NCBI GenBank assembly: GCA_003670475.1
Contig: QWRJ01000003.1
Span: 841 to 64,840 of the forward strand
Direction of reading: 5' to 3'
DNA length: 64,000 nucleotides
DNA from: Candidatus Limnocylindrus sp. ZSMar2m-chloro-G89
Lineage (GTDB): Bacteria > Chloroflexota > Limnocylindria > Limnocylindrales > Limnocylindraceae
Made by a program: the position numbers and the translations under genes. Below are positions 52,915 to 61,391 of this stretch, one piece after another; position 1 is the first letter of the stretch, and every line of letters starts with the position of its first letter. The notes beneath the pieces were generated by a model, which searched no databases, was not told where the DNA came from, and was given only the letters and a program-made list of their open reading frames with translations.

Positions 52915-53687
52915 GTACCGAGTTCGCAATGCAGATTGATCCGAGCTATGAGCTGATCGGCGCGCGAAACGTGCGCGTGGAGATTGGTGGGAAGCTGATC
53001 TTGGACGAGATCAACCTGAAGATTGGCGTGGGGGAACGTGTGGCAATCGTTGGTGCGAACGGTGCTGGAAAGACCTCGCTCCTGCGCGCACTGAGTGGCA
53101 CGCTCCCCGTTGCATCTGGCGAAGTGATCCTCTGCACCGAACCGCTCGGTGGTTTGAGTCGCGCCACGATCGCGCGTTCCATTGCGGTGGTTGGTGCGGA
53201 CCTGGTGCTCCCGTTTGCCACGCGCGCCGATGAACTGGTTGCGCTCGGTCGCTTGCCGCACGGTCGCGGGCCGAGTGGACCAACTCCGCATGACCGAGAG
53301 CGTGCCGCTGCGGCACTGGAGCGCGTGGGTGCGTCACACCTTGCGGCGCGCGACGTGCGCACCCTCAGTGCTGGCGAGAAGCAGCTGATTGCAATTGCAC
53401 TCGGCCTTGCGCAAGAGACGCCGATCTTGGCGCTTGATGAACCAACGGTGCACCTCGACCTCAAGCATCGCGTGGAGATTGCCGATCTCTTGGTCTCACT
53501 TGCCGATCGCGCGCGCACCGTGGTCGCCATCTTTCATGAGATCGACATGGTGCGACAACTCTTCCCGCGTGTGATCCTCATGAAGTTAGGACGAATCGTT
53601 GCGGATGGTTCGCCGGATAGTGTCCTCACCGCGGCGCGCATTGCCGACGCCTGGGGGATTCCGCAGGAGCGAGCGGCGCGCCTCTAG
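52911..53687 (+). CDS. ABC transporter ATP-binding protein (BtuD/FepC-like)
   Basis: Walker A GANGAGKTS, signature LSAGEKQ and Walker B ILALDEPT. Confidence 0.9.
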   Translation: MSTEFAMQIDPSYELIGARNVRVEIGGKLILDEINLKIGVGERVAIVGANGAGKTSLLRALSGTLPVASGEVILCTEPLGGLSRATIARSIAVVGADLVLPFATRADELVALGRLPHGRGPSGPTPHDRERAAAALERVGASHLAARDVRTLSAGEKQLIAIALGLAQETPILALDEPTVHLDLKHRVEIADLLVSLADRARTVVAIFHEIDMVRQLFPRVILMKLGRIVADGSPDSVLTAARIADAWGIPQERAARL

Positions 53688-53694
53688 CGGCGGG

Positions 53695-54885
53695 TTAGCT
53701 GCGCTTGCGCGGCAGGTCCAAGAACGGAAGCGGCACCACGGTGGCTGGGATTGTCTGACGAGTCTCTTCAATCTGCCACTCAATGCCCACGGTACTGCCA
53801 ACTTCGGCGTGCTTTACTGGGAGGAAGCCGAGCGCAATAGAGCGCTTCAGGAGTGGAGAGAAGGTGCCGCTCGTTGCGCGGCCAATCGTTTCACCCTTGC
53901 GGGTGAGTGGTGTGACGTGGCGCCAGGCACGGAGCGGATGCTCAATCGGGTAGCCAAGATCAAGGTAGGCATCTTCAAAAACATTCAGATCCAACTCAAG
54001 TCCAACGAGTCGAGTGGCAGGACCACCCGCTGCAACCTCATCCATGAGTGCGCGCTTCCCAATGAAGGCGGGCTTATCTAGGTCAACGAGTCGATCCATG
54101 CCGATCTCATACGGCGAGATGGCGAGGCTCGGATGGCGCGCGGTGCGACTGGAGTGGTAGTCAACGCCCGCCATGATCAGGCCGGCTTCGAGTCGTGCAA
54201 CGTCGAGCGCCTCCATCCCCGCAACGCGCAGGGTGTAGTCCTCGCCAGACTTGATCAGGGCATCCCAGACGGGGAGCGCCTGCTCGAACGGCATCCAGAG
54301 TTCGTAGCCAAGGTCGCCGGAGTAGCCGGTGCGCGAGATCCCTACCGCTGTGCCACCGATCGTCACATCGGCGCGACCGAAGAAGGGGAGGTCGGACATG
54401 TCGCGGCCAACGGCGCCGGAGAGCACGTCGCGTGCGTGCGGCCCCTGCAGCGAGAGGGCGCAGAGCTTCTCCGTCATATCTTCAATGGTGACGTTCAGGC
54501 CCTCGCCTGCCGCTTCAAGCCAGCCGTGCTGCGGCTCCGCGGCGGTCCAGAAGTAGGAGCCGTCGGCGAGGAGCGCCACGGTGCCGTCATCAAGGACGCG
54601 GCCGTCGTGATCGCACCATGGTGTGTAGATGGCGCGCATCGGCTTGATGCGATCAACACGGCGGGTGATGACGCGATCAACGAGCTTCGCCGCATCTGGT
54701 CCGGTGATGCGGTACTTGCACATTGGGGTGACGTCGAAGAGCGCCGCGGAGAAGCGGATCGCATGGTATTCCAAGTCGTGCGCTGGGAAATATGAGTCGG
54801 CGATGAAGAAGCCCGACCACTTGCGCCAGCGGCGCGCCTGATTGAGTTCGGCGGTACGAGGGTGGAACGGCGTTTCAAGCGTCAT
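53695..54885 (-). CDS. GcvT-like aminomethyltransferase-family (folate-binding) protein
   Basis: 396 aa with patterns typical of the glycine-cleavage T / demethylase family (ALFDVTPMCKYRITGPDA, GYSGDLGYELW). Confidence 0.8.
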   Translation of the reverse strand: MTLETPFHPRTAELNQARRWRKWSGFFIADSYFPAHDLEYHAIRFSAALFDVTPMCKYRITGPDAAKLVDRVITRRVDRIKPMRAIYTPWCDHDGRVLDDGTVALLADGSYFWTAAEPQHGWLEAAGEGLNVTIEDMTEKLCALSLQGPHARDVLSGAVGRDMSDLPFFGRADVTIGGTAVGISRTGYSGDLGYELWMPFEQALPVWDALIKSGEDYTLRVAGMEALDVARLEAGLIMAGVDYHSSRTARHPSLAISPYEIGMDRLVDLDKPAFIGKRALMDEVAAGGPATRLVGLELDLNVFEDAYLDLGYPIEHPLRAWRHVTPLTRKGETIGRATSGTFSPLLKRSIALGFLPVKHAEVGSTVGIEWQIEETRQTIPATVVPLPFLDLPRKRS

Positions 54886-54972
54886 GCGACTCCCCCTCTC
54901 CTGAACTCCCGCTGGGCGGTACTATTGCCCGCACCCGCATCCTAGCGATTCGGGGCGAGTCTGGGAGGGTCA

Positions 54973-56562
54973 GTGGCGGAACGGTACAACGCGATCGTCA
55001 TTGGCGGCGGCCATAACGGACTCACCACCGCCGCCTACCTTGCGAAGGCGGGGCTGAAGACGCTCGTCCTTGAACGCCGCTCCATCCTTGGCGGCGCAAC
55101 CCTGACCGAATCGCCGGTGCCTGGCTACAAGTTCTCCGTTGCCTCCTACCTTGTCAGCCTGCTGCGACCGCAGGTGATTCGCGAGCTCGACCTTGCGAAG
55201 CACGGTCTGCAGATGGCGCCATCTGTTGGCACCTACACGGCGCACTGGGATGGCTACCTTGACCGACGCACGGATCACGCTGACACCATCCGCGAAATTC
55301 GCAAGTGGTCGCATAAGGATGCGGACAACTACGACGACTTCAAGCAGACGGTCAACGACATCACCCGATTCATTCGTCCCGCCATTGATATCCCCGCGCC
55401 CGATCCGTATGGCGACCCACACGAGTGGCTCGACTACGCCGGACTCGCCAAAGACTTTGGCCACCTCCCACTGCGCACCAAGGGCGCCCTGCTCGACCTG
55501 ATCACGGGGAGCGCGTACGACTTCCTCTCGCGCTGGTTTGAGGGGGAGCCGCTCGTTGCCACCATGTCTGCATCGGGAATCATCGGCACCTTCCTTGGCA
55601 TCAAGTCGCCAGGGACGGGGATGGTCTTCCTGCATCACTACTTCGGTGAGATCGACGGCTCCTTCCGCGAGTGGGCGCTCCCACAGGGCGGCACTGGCGC
55701 TGTTGCCACCGCCATCGCCAACGCGGCACGCTTCCACGGCGCAACCACACGCACCGACGCTCCGGTGAAGCAGATCCTGCTGAAGGGTGATCGCGCAATT
55801 GGCGTGGTGCTGGAGTCCGGCGAAGAGATCCACGCAGATACGGTGGTCTCTGCCGCCGACGCGAGGCACACCTTCCTTGACATGCTCCCCGCTGGCTCGC
55901 TGCCGAACGACTTTGAGCGCGCCATCCGCAACTTCAAGTTCCGTGGCTCCAGCGCCAAGGTGAACTTCGCGCTGGACGGCCTCCCAACGTTTACCGCAGC
56001 ACCCCCAGGGAACGGCCACCTGATGGGGACCGTGAGCATCTCGCCGAGCCCCGACTACATGGAGAAGGCGTACGACGATGCGAAGCATGGGCACCCGAGC
56101 CACCGTCCATTCCTGGACATGTTGATCCCAACACTCGTTGATCCTTCGATGGCTCCTCCAGGGAAGCATGTTGCCACCGCATTCGTGCAGTACGCGCCGC
56201 ATAAGTTGGCGCCAGAGCACGGCACATGGGATGACATCAAGGAGAGCTTCGGTGACCTGGTGGTGGACACCATCTCCGAATTCGCACCGGACTTCCGCAA
56301 CAAGATCGTTGGTCGGCAGATCATGACGCCGCTCGACCTTGAGCGAACCATTGGCCTCACCGAAGGGAACATCTTCCAGGGCGAGATCTTGGTCCAACAG
56401 ATGGCGTTCAACCGGCCGGTGAGCGGCTGGGCGCGCTACAAGACGCCGATCAAGGACTACTGGCTTGCAAGCTCCTCTGCACATCCAGGCGGCGGCATCA
56501 TGGCGGCACCAGGTCGCCTTGCGGCGCTGGAGATTCTGAAGTCCAAGGCGGGGGACGAGTAA
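54973..56562 (+). CDS. FAD/NAD(P)-binding oxidoreductase, phytoene-desaturase (CrtI)-like superfamily
   Basis: AIVIGGGHNGLTTAAYLAKAGLKTLVLE dinucleotide fold and a C-terminal HPGGG motif. GTG start lies after GGGAGGG. Confidence 0.85.
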   Translation: MAERYNAIVIGGGHNGLTTAAYLAKAGLKTLVLERRSILGGATLTESPVPGYKFSVASYLVSLLRPQVIRELDLAKHGLQMAPSVGTYTAHWDGYLDRRTDHADTIREIRKWSHKDADNYDDFKQTVNDITRFIRPAIDIPAPDPYGDPHEWLDYAGLAKDFGHLPLRTKGALLDLITGSAYDFLSRWFEGEPLVATMSASGIIGTFLGIKSPGTGMVFLHHYFGEIDGSFREWALPQGGTGAVATAIANAARFHGATTRTDAPVKQILLKGDRAIGVVLESGEEIHADTVVSAADARHTFLDMLPAGSLPNDFERAIRNFKFRGSSAKVNFALDGLPTFTAAPPGNGHLMGTVSISPSPDYMEKAYDDAKHGHPSHRPFLDMLIPTLVDPSMAPPGKHVATAFVQYAPHKLAPEHGTWDDIKESFGDLVVDTISEFAPDFRNKIVGRQIMTPLDLERTIGLTEGNIFQGEILVQQMAFNRPVSGWARYKTPIKDYWLASSSAHPGGGIMAAPGRLAALEILKSKAGDE

Positions 56563-58241
56563 TGGCAGCGAAGAAGAAGCAAGCGGCGCCCGCAGAGAAG
56601 GCAGCAGCCAAGAAGGCGCGTAACAGCGCCGATGTGATCGTCCTTGGCGGCGGGCATAACGGGCTCGTTGCGGCGGCGTACCTGGCGCGCGCGGGGATCA
56701 AGACGATCCTCCTGGAGGCGCGCGGTGAACTCGGCGGCATGGCACTCACCGCAGACATTGATGGCGTGAAGGCGCCAATGCTCGCGCACACCGTTGGTCG
56801 ATTCCGACCGCGCGTGGCGCGCGACCTTGGCCTCGCTGGCAGCGTGCGACTCGTTGAACCAGAGGTGCGCTCCTTTGCGCCGCATCCAACAGACGGAACA
56901 TCGATCACGCTCTATCGCGATCCTGCAAAGAGCGCCAAGGAGCTCGAGAAGCGACCGAACGGCAAAGCAACCGCCGCTGGCTTCCTCAAGCTTGACGGTC
57001 GACTCCGCCGCATCGGCGCCTACTTTGAGCAGGTGCTGGACGGCGTGCCACCAGATCTTGATGGCGGGAAGTCCGTTGCGGAGATGCTCGCAGGCTTCGC
57101 CTTCCGCAAGCCATTCACTGACCTAAAAGAAGGCGATGGTCGCGAGATCCTGCGCATCCTCCCAATGTCTGCCGCAGACCTTGTGGGTGAGTACATCCAA
57201 CACGATGAACACCTTCTCGCGATGCTCGCCTGGCGCGGTGCCATCTACAACGCCGTTGGTCCAATGAGCCCAGGGACCGCCGCCACCATGCTCTTCGACG
57301 GCATTACTGGCGACGGCGCCGATGGTGGCGCGGCGGGGCAGACTGTTGTGGCGATCGGCGGACCTGGCGCGCTCGCCACGGCACTCGCCGATGCGGCGCG
57401 CGGCTTCGGCGCCGAGATCCGCACTGGTGCAAAGGTTGTTGCCATTACGGAGCAAGATGGCCGCGTCACTGGCGTTGCGCTGGCGAGCGGCGAAGAGATC
57501 GCAGCACCATACGTCCTCTCAACGCTTGATCCAAAGACCACGCTACTTAGCCTGCTCGGCGTTGAGGCAACGGGACCAGATCTTCGACGACGCCTGCGCG
57601 CAACGCGCAGCACCGGCGTCACCGCAAAACTCAACCTGCTCGTTGACAAGCTCCCTACATTTACCGCCGCTGGGAAGGGCGAAGCGGCGGAGCAGACGCT
57701 GCGCGGCCGCATCGTGATCTTGGAGAGCATCCTCGGCATTGAGAAGGCCTTTGACGCATCCAAGTACGGCCAGATCAGCGAGACGCCAGTGATCGAGGCG
57801 CTGATCCCAACGCTGATTGATCCGTCACTCGCGCCAGACGGCCGCCACATCATCAGCTGCGTGGTGCAGTACGCGCCCGCGGTGCTCAAGGACGGCGAGT
57901 GGGACGAGCCAACGCGCAAGGCCTTTGCCGACAGCGTGGTGGCGCAGCTGGAGCGTGTTGCACCAGGGATCACGCGTCTGATTAGCGCGCGGCAGTTGAT
58001 TACCCCAGCAGACCTGCAGAGCGATTGGGGAGCAACCGGTGGACACGCCATGCACGTCAATGAAGGGTTCGACCAGTTTGCGCAGTGGCGTCCGCTCTAC
58101 GGGATCGGTCGCTATGAGACGCCGATCGACGGCCTCTTCCTCTCTGGCGCTGGCACCCATCCGGGCGGCGGCGTCACTGGTGCGCCTGGCGCCAACGCCG
58201 CCGAAGCGCTGATCCGCCACCTCCGCCGCGCCGCCGACTAG
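56562..58241 (+). CDS. Paralogous FAD/NAD(P)-binding oxidoreductase (CrtI-like) with a Lys-rich N-terminus
   Basis: VIVLGGGHNGLVAAAYLARAGIKTILLE dinucleotide fold and a C-terminal HPGGG motif. It overlaps the previous gene as TAATG. The N-terminus is MAAKKKQAAPAEKAAAKKARN. Confidence 0.85.
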   Translation: MAAKKKQAAPAEKAAAKKARNSADVIVLGGGHNGLVAAAYLARAGIKTILLEARGELGGMALTADIDGVKAPMLAHTVGRFRPRVARDLGLAGSVRLVEPEVRSFAPHPTDGTSITLYRDPAKSAKELEKRPNGKATAAGFLKLDGRLRRIGAYFEQVLDGVPPDLDGGKSVAEMLAGFAFRKPFTDLKEGDGREILRILPMSAADLVGEYIQHDEHLLAMLAWRGAIYNAVGPMSPGTAATMLFDGITGDGADGGAAGQTVVAIGGPGALATALADAARGFGAEIRTGAKVVAITEQDGRVTGVALASGEEIAAPYVLSTLDPKTTLLSLLGVEATGPDLRRRLRATRSTGVTAKLNLLVDKLPTFTAAGKGEAAEQTLRGRIVILESILGIEKAFDASKYGQISETPVIEALIPTLIDPSLAPDGRHIISCVVQYAPAVLKDGEWDEPTRKAFADSVVAQLERVAPGITRLISARQLITPADLQSDWGATGGHAMHVNEGFDQFAQWRPLYGIGRYETPIDGLFLSGAGTHPGGGVTGAPGANAAEALIRHLRRAAD

Positions 58242-58355
58242 CGCGCATCTGATCGGTTTTTCTCACGGTTCGTCGCAGCGGCGACGTTAAGTTCCCGACA
58301 CTCTGAGCGTGGGTCATGAAATCAATTCAGATCTGCTTGACGAGATGCGCGTCAC

Positions 58356-59123
58356 ATGCGCAGAACCTGCGACACTAAGATCATGAAGTCATCTACCCGC
58401 GTCACCAAGGGGAAGATCGTTGTGGAGTTGAGCACACAGCGCACTCCAGACGCCTTCCCGCTCAAAGACTGGATCCCTGGTCGTCGACGCGTCCCAACCC
58501 AGGAGCGCTCCCAGCGCACGCGCCGCCAGATCCTTAGCGCCGCCGAGGCGCTCGCCAAGAACGAAGGCGTGGGAAACATCACCATGCAGATGATTGCCGC
58601 TAAGTCCAAGATCGCCGCCGGGACGGCCTACCAGTTCTTTGATGACCGCGACGCGATCTTCGCCGAGATCTACGAGGAGTGGGCGGTAACCTTCTGGGCC
58701 ACGCTGAACAAGGCTACCGCAACGCCATGGACCGACGCCACCTGGCGCAGCGAGCTACGCGGCCTCATCACCCAAATGGGGAAGTTCTACCTTGCAAGTT
58801 CTCCGCGCTGGGACATCATTCGCTACGTGGAGTCCACCAAGCAGGGACGCGGCGCCATGCGCACGCTCCTTGATGCGAACATCAGCCGCTTCTCTGACTG
58901 GGCGGGTCCGCTCTTCAGGGCGCGCGGCTATAGCGCGGCGGAGTGCAAGGCGATCTGCGGACTCTTGGTTCGCACCATCCGTGGTCACTGGGTCTACGGC
59001 GTCTACACCGCTCAGGAGCTGCGCGAACTCTCCAAGACCGCTGAAGATGGCACCACCGCCATCGTGGAGGTGAAGCTCACGCGCGCCAGCCGACCACGAG
59101 CCGTGAGCGGGAAGAGCGTCTAG
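58356..59123 (+). CDS. TetR-family transcriptional regulator
   Basis: The HTH region RTRRQILSAAEALAKNEGVGNITMQMIAAKSKIAAGTAYQFF is present. The start may instead be ATG 58383. Confidence 0.85.
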   Translation: MRRTCDTKIMKSSTRVTKGKIVVELSTQRTPDAFPLKDWIPGRRRVPTQERSQRTRRQILSAAEALAKNEGVGNITMQMIAAKSKIAAGTAYQFFDDRDAIFAEIYEEWAVTFWATLNKATATPWTDATWRSELRGLITQMGKFYLASSPRWDIIRYVESTKQGRGAMRTLLDANISRFSDWAGPLFRARGYSAAECKAICGLLVRTIRGHWVYGVYTAQELRELSKTAEDGTTAIVEVKLTRASRPRAVSGKSV

Positions 59124-59133
59124 CGCCCAGTCC

Positions 59134-59745
59134 CTAGCGCCGCTCGCCGACGAGGCCCGCCACGCGCGAACGGTACGCGCCGAGATAGAGCAGCAAGCCC
59201 ACCACCGCCAGCGCAAAGCGCTCAGCGAATCCCGCCCCACCCCCCACGAAGCCACCCACGAATCCTGCGCCAATAAAGAGCGCGATATGAAGCAGCACGC
59301 GCCGTGGGCGGGTCAGGCGCGAACCGACATAAAGGAGACTGCCAGCAGCGAGCAGCGCAAACATCGGGTGCAGTCGACCCGGCACACTCACCACGCCCCA
59401 GCCAGGATCGGTGGGGAAGGCAACCACGCCGATCACGCCGATCGCACCAATGACGAGGCCGCGCAGGACGCCGCGATACGCGTTCTTCAGCGCGCCGTCC
59501 GCAGAACGCTCGCGCAGGCGCACGAAGAGGAGGATCAGCACCACGAAGAGCGCGGCGAGGCCGGTATGGAAGAGCCAGGCAACACTCCCGAGCGCGTGCT
59601 CGGAGGCGGCGTAGATGCGGGCGTCGAGTGTTGGGTCAAGCAGGTCGCAAGCCAGGATGGCGCCAGCGCCAACAAGGACGAGAATCTCCGCCGCGCGGCC
59701 GCGCGCGAGGCGCAGGAGGGCGTGTGGTGTGCGAAATGCGGACAT
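59134..59745 (-). CDS. Membrane protein, unknown function
   Basis: The hydrophobic body begins at MSAFRTPHALLRLARG (ATG 59745). The track extension to 59928 is antisense to the exonuclease gene. Confidence 0.6.
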   Translation of the reverse strand: MSAFRTPHALLRLARGRAAEILVLVGAGAILACDLLDPTLDARIYAASEHALGSVAWLFHTGLAALFVVLILLFVRLRERSADGALKNAYRGVLRGLVIGAIGVIGVVAFPTDPGWGVVSVPGRLHPMFALLAAGSLLYVGSRLTRPRRVLLHIALFIGAGFVGGFVGGGAGFAERFALAVVGLLLYLGAYRSRVAGLVGERR

Positions 59746-59781
59746 GCACACATAGTAGCGGCGAAGCCTCATAATCGCCGC

Positions 59782-60330
59782 ATGATCCTTCCAGAGCCGC
59801 GCGACAGGTTCCGTGGTCGACTCCCAAAGCGTTGGGTGGCGATCGACTTTGAGACGACCGGCATCTGGAGCAAGGAGCCCGACGTTGCGGTGATTGAGGT
59901 TGGCCTCATCACCTTTGAAGGCGATCACGAAGTTGCCGCCTGGTCCACCCTCGTCAAATCTGATTCGCCAGTGAGCGACTTCATCGCCGAACTAACCGGC
60001 ATTACACAGTTGATGGTGGATACGGACGGGGTGAGCTTGGATGATGCTGGTGACGCGCTCGCCGAGCGGCTCGCTGGCGCAGAGCTCGTGATTGCGCACA
60101 ACATGGCGTTTGACATTGAGGGGCTCGACTGGCTCGGCATTGAGCTTGGCCGTGACCAGCACACCTTCTGCACCATGAAGGGGCTCACCGCTCCAGATCA
60201 GAAGTGGCCGCGCCTGGAAGAGGTGGTCGCCGAGTTTCACATTAAGACCGAGGGACAGGCGCACCGCGCCGAGAGCGACGCACGCACCGCCGGCCGTGTC
60301 TTCATTGAGATGGTTCGACGCGGCTATTAG
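59782..60330 (+). CDS. DEDDh 3'-5' exonuclease (DnaQ/epsilon-like, stand-alone)
   Basis: Exo I motif AIDFETTG, Exo II motif HNMAFDIEGL and Exo III motif HRAESDARTAG. ATG 59782; the track extension to 59287 is rejected. Confidence 0.85.
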   Translation: MILPEPRDRFRGRLPKRWVAIDFETTGIWSKEPDVAVIEVGLITFEGDHEVAAWSTLVKSDSPVSDFIAELTGITQLMVDTDGVSLDDAGDALAERLAGAELVIAHNMAFDIEGLDWLGIELGRDQHTFCTMKGLTAPDQKWPRLEEVVAEFHIKTEGQAHRAESDARTAGRVFIEMVRRGY

Positions 60331-60432
60331 TTTCCCAGTTCGTGTCAGGCACTTGACACAGGTGAGATCTAGGGTAGGGTTGCCGATCCCGCATGGCGCC
60401 GCCGTACGGCTCTGCTGAGCGAAAGGAGCCCT

Positions 60433-60813
60433 ATGAGTCAACTCTCCAGCCGCATCCGCGCCGACGTCCCAAAGCGTCACCGCCCGAACCGTGCTCGCCT
60501 GATGAGCGTCTATGTGGCGGGTGCAACCGCCTACTGCGCTTGGGCATATCCGAGCGAGCGCCTCGTGATCACCACCGCGCCAATGGGCCCGGAGATCGTC
60601 ACGCTGATTGAGCAGCTCGACGCAAACGACGCCGTCTATCTAGAGGAGGGCGCCACGGAGATTGAGGAGATTGACTTCGCTGCATCGTTCGGCGCCTATC
60701 TCCCGGACGGCATGACAACTAAGCCGCAACGCGCCGCGGTGCCGCCATCTGCGCGTCGCGCGCTCGGTGTTGCACTGCTTGCGCGAAGTAAGGCGCGCAG
60801 AAACATCTCGTAA
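60433..60813 (+). CDS. Hypothetical protein (126 aa), no recognisable family
   Basis: GAAAGGAG lies 5 nt upstream of ATG 60433. The protein has basic termini and an acidic middle (EEGATEIEEIDF). Confidence 0.5.
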   Translation: MSQLSSRIRADVPKRHRPNRARLMSVYVAGATAYCAWAYPSERLVITTAPMGPEIVTLIEQLDANDAVYLEEGATEIEEIDFAASFGAYLPDGMTTKPQRAAVPPSARRALGVALLARSKARRNIS

Positions 60814-60836
60814 GTTCGCGCGATCAGAGCGCAACA

Positions 60837-60866
60837 AGAAGCCCCGCCCAAATGGGCGGGGCTTCT
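60837..60866. terminator. Bidirectional GC hairpin between convergent genes
   Basis: AGAAGCCCCGCCC-AAAT-GGGCGGGGCTTCT gives a 13-bp perfect stem. It lies between the 60813 stop (plus strand) and the 60912 stop (minus strand). Confidence 0.7.
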
Positions 60867-60911
60867 CATCTTCAGCGAAGAGCGCGCCGCGCGAACGCGA
60901 CGCGAGTCAGC

Positions 60912-61277
60912 TTACTTGTTGTTTGAACCGAAGATGCTCCAGCCGGCAGCTGCGGCAGGTGCCGCAACGGCCTTCTTTGAAGCCTTCTTCTTCGAAGCCT
61001 TCTTCTTCTTTGGCGCGGCCTTCTTGGCAGCGGCCTTCTTGACAGCCTTCTTCGCCGTCTTCTTCTTTGCGGTCTTCTTGGCAACCTTCTTCACAGCCTT
61101 CTTAACGGCCTTCTTGGCTACCTTCTTGACGGTCTTCTTCGCAGCAGCCTTCTTGGCTACCTTCTTGGCGGCCTTCTTAGGAGCCGCCTTCTTCTTCGCC
61201 TTCTTGATCTTTGGCGCGGCAGGAGCTGCGCCCGCAACAGCGGCCACAGACTTCTTTGCCTTCTTCTTTGCTGCCAT
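60912..61277 (-). CDS. Histone H1-like Lys/Ala-rich basic protein (putative nucleoid-associated)
   Basis: 121 aa, mostly AKK/VKK repeats (KKAVKKAVKKVAKKTAKKKTAKKAVKKAAAKKAAPKKKKASKKK). The C-terminus is AAGWSIFGSNNK. Confidence 0.75.
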   Translation of the reverse strand: MAAKKKAKKSVAAVAGAAPAAPKIKKAKKKAAPKKAAKKVAKKAAAKKTVKKVAKKAVKKAVKKVAKKTAKKKTAKKAVKKAAAKKAAPKKKKASKKKASKKAVAAPAAAAGWSIFGSNNK

Positions 61278-61391
61278 GTCTATTCACCTCAACTATTCCC
61301 CAGGACCCATCTGGTCCTGCGACCTCTAGCGTGCCAGACCCTAGCGATTTTGTGAAGCGCACAAGTTGCAGGGCGCAACGTGGGCCCGTCG

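Noticed and set aside
54970-56484. A 504-aa ORF on the minus strand, among the longest in the track.
   Set aside because: It lies exactly antisense to the well-supported CrtI-like flavoprotein gene. Its composition (Arg/His/Val/Gly-rich, no motifs) is typical of high-GC shadow frames. The same applies to 22583..23611, 21173..22006, 52380..53291, 57245..58060, 33312..34118 and the other long antisense ORFs.
59287-59781. An N-terminal extension of the exonuclease ORF (59287..60330), and the reciprocal extension of the membrane-protein ORF to 59928.
   Set aside because: The two extensions are antisense to each other's genuine coding bodies. Both proteins have sensible starts at 59782 and 59745 with promoter-like hexamers.
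60950-61250. Short periodic repeats (GCCTTCTTC, CTTCTTGGC) that could superficially suggest a repeat array or CRISPR.
   Set aside because: The periodicity is codon-level (3-9 nt). There are no 25-40-nt repeat/spacer units and no cas genes. The pattern is explained by the Lys/Ala repeat coding sequence.
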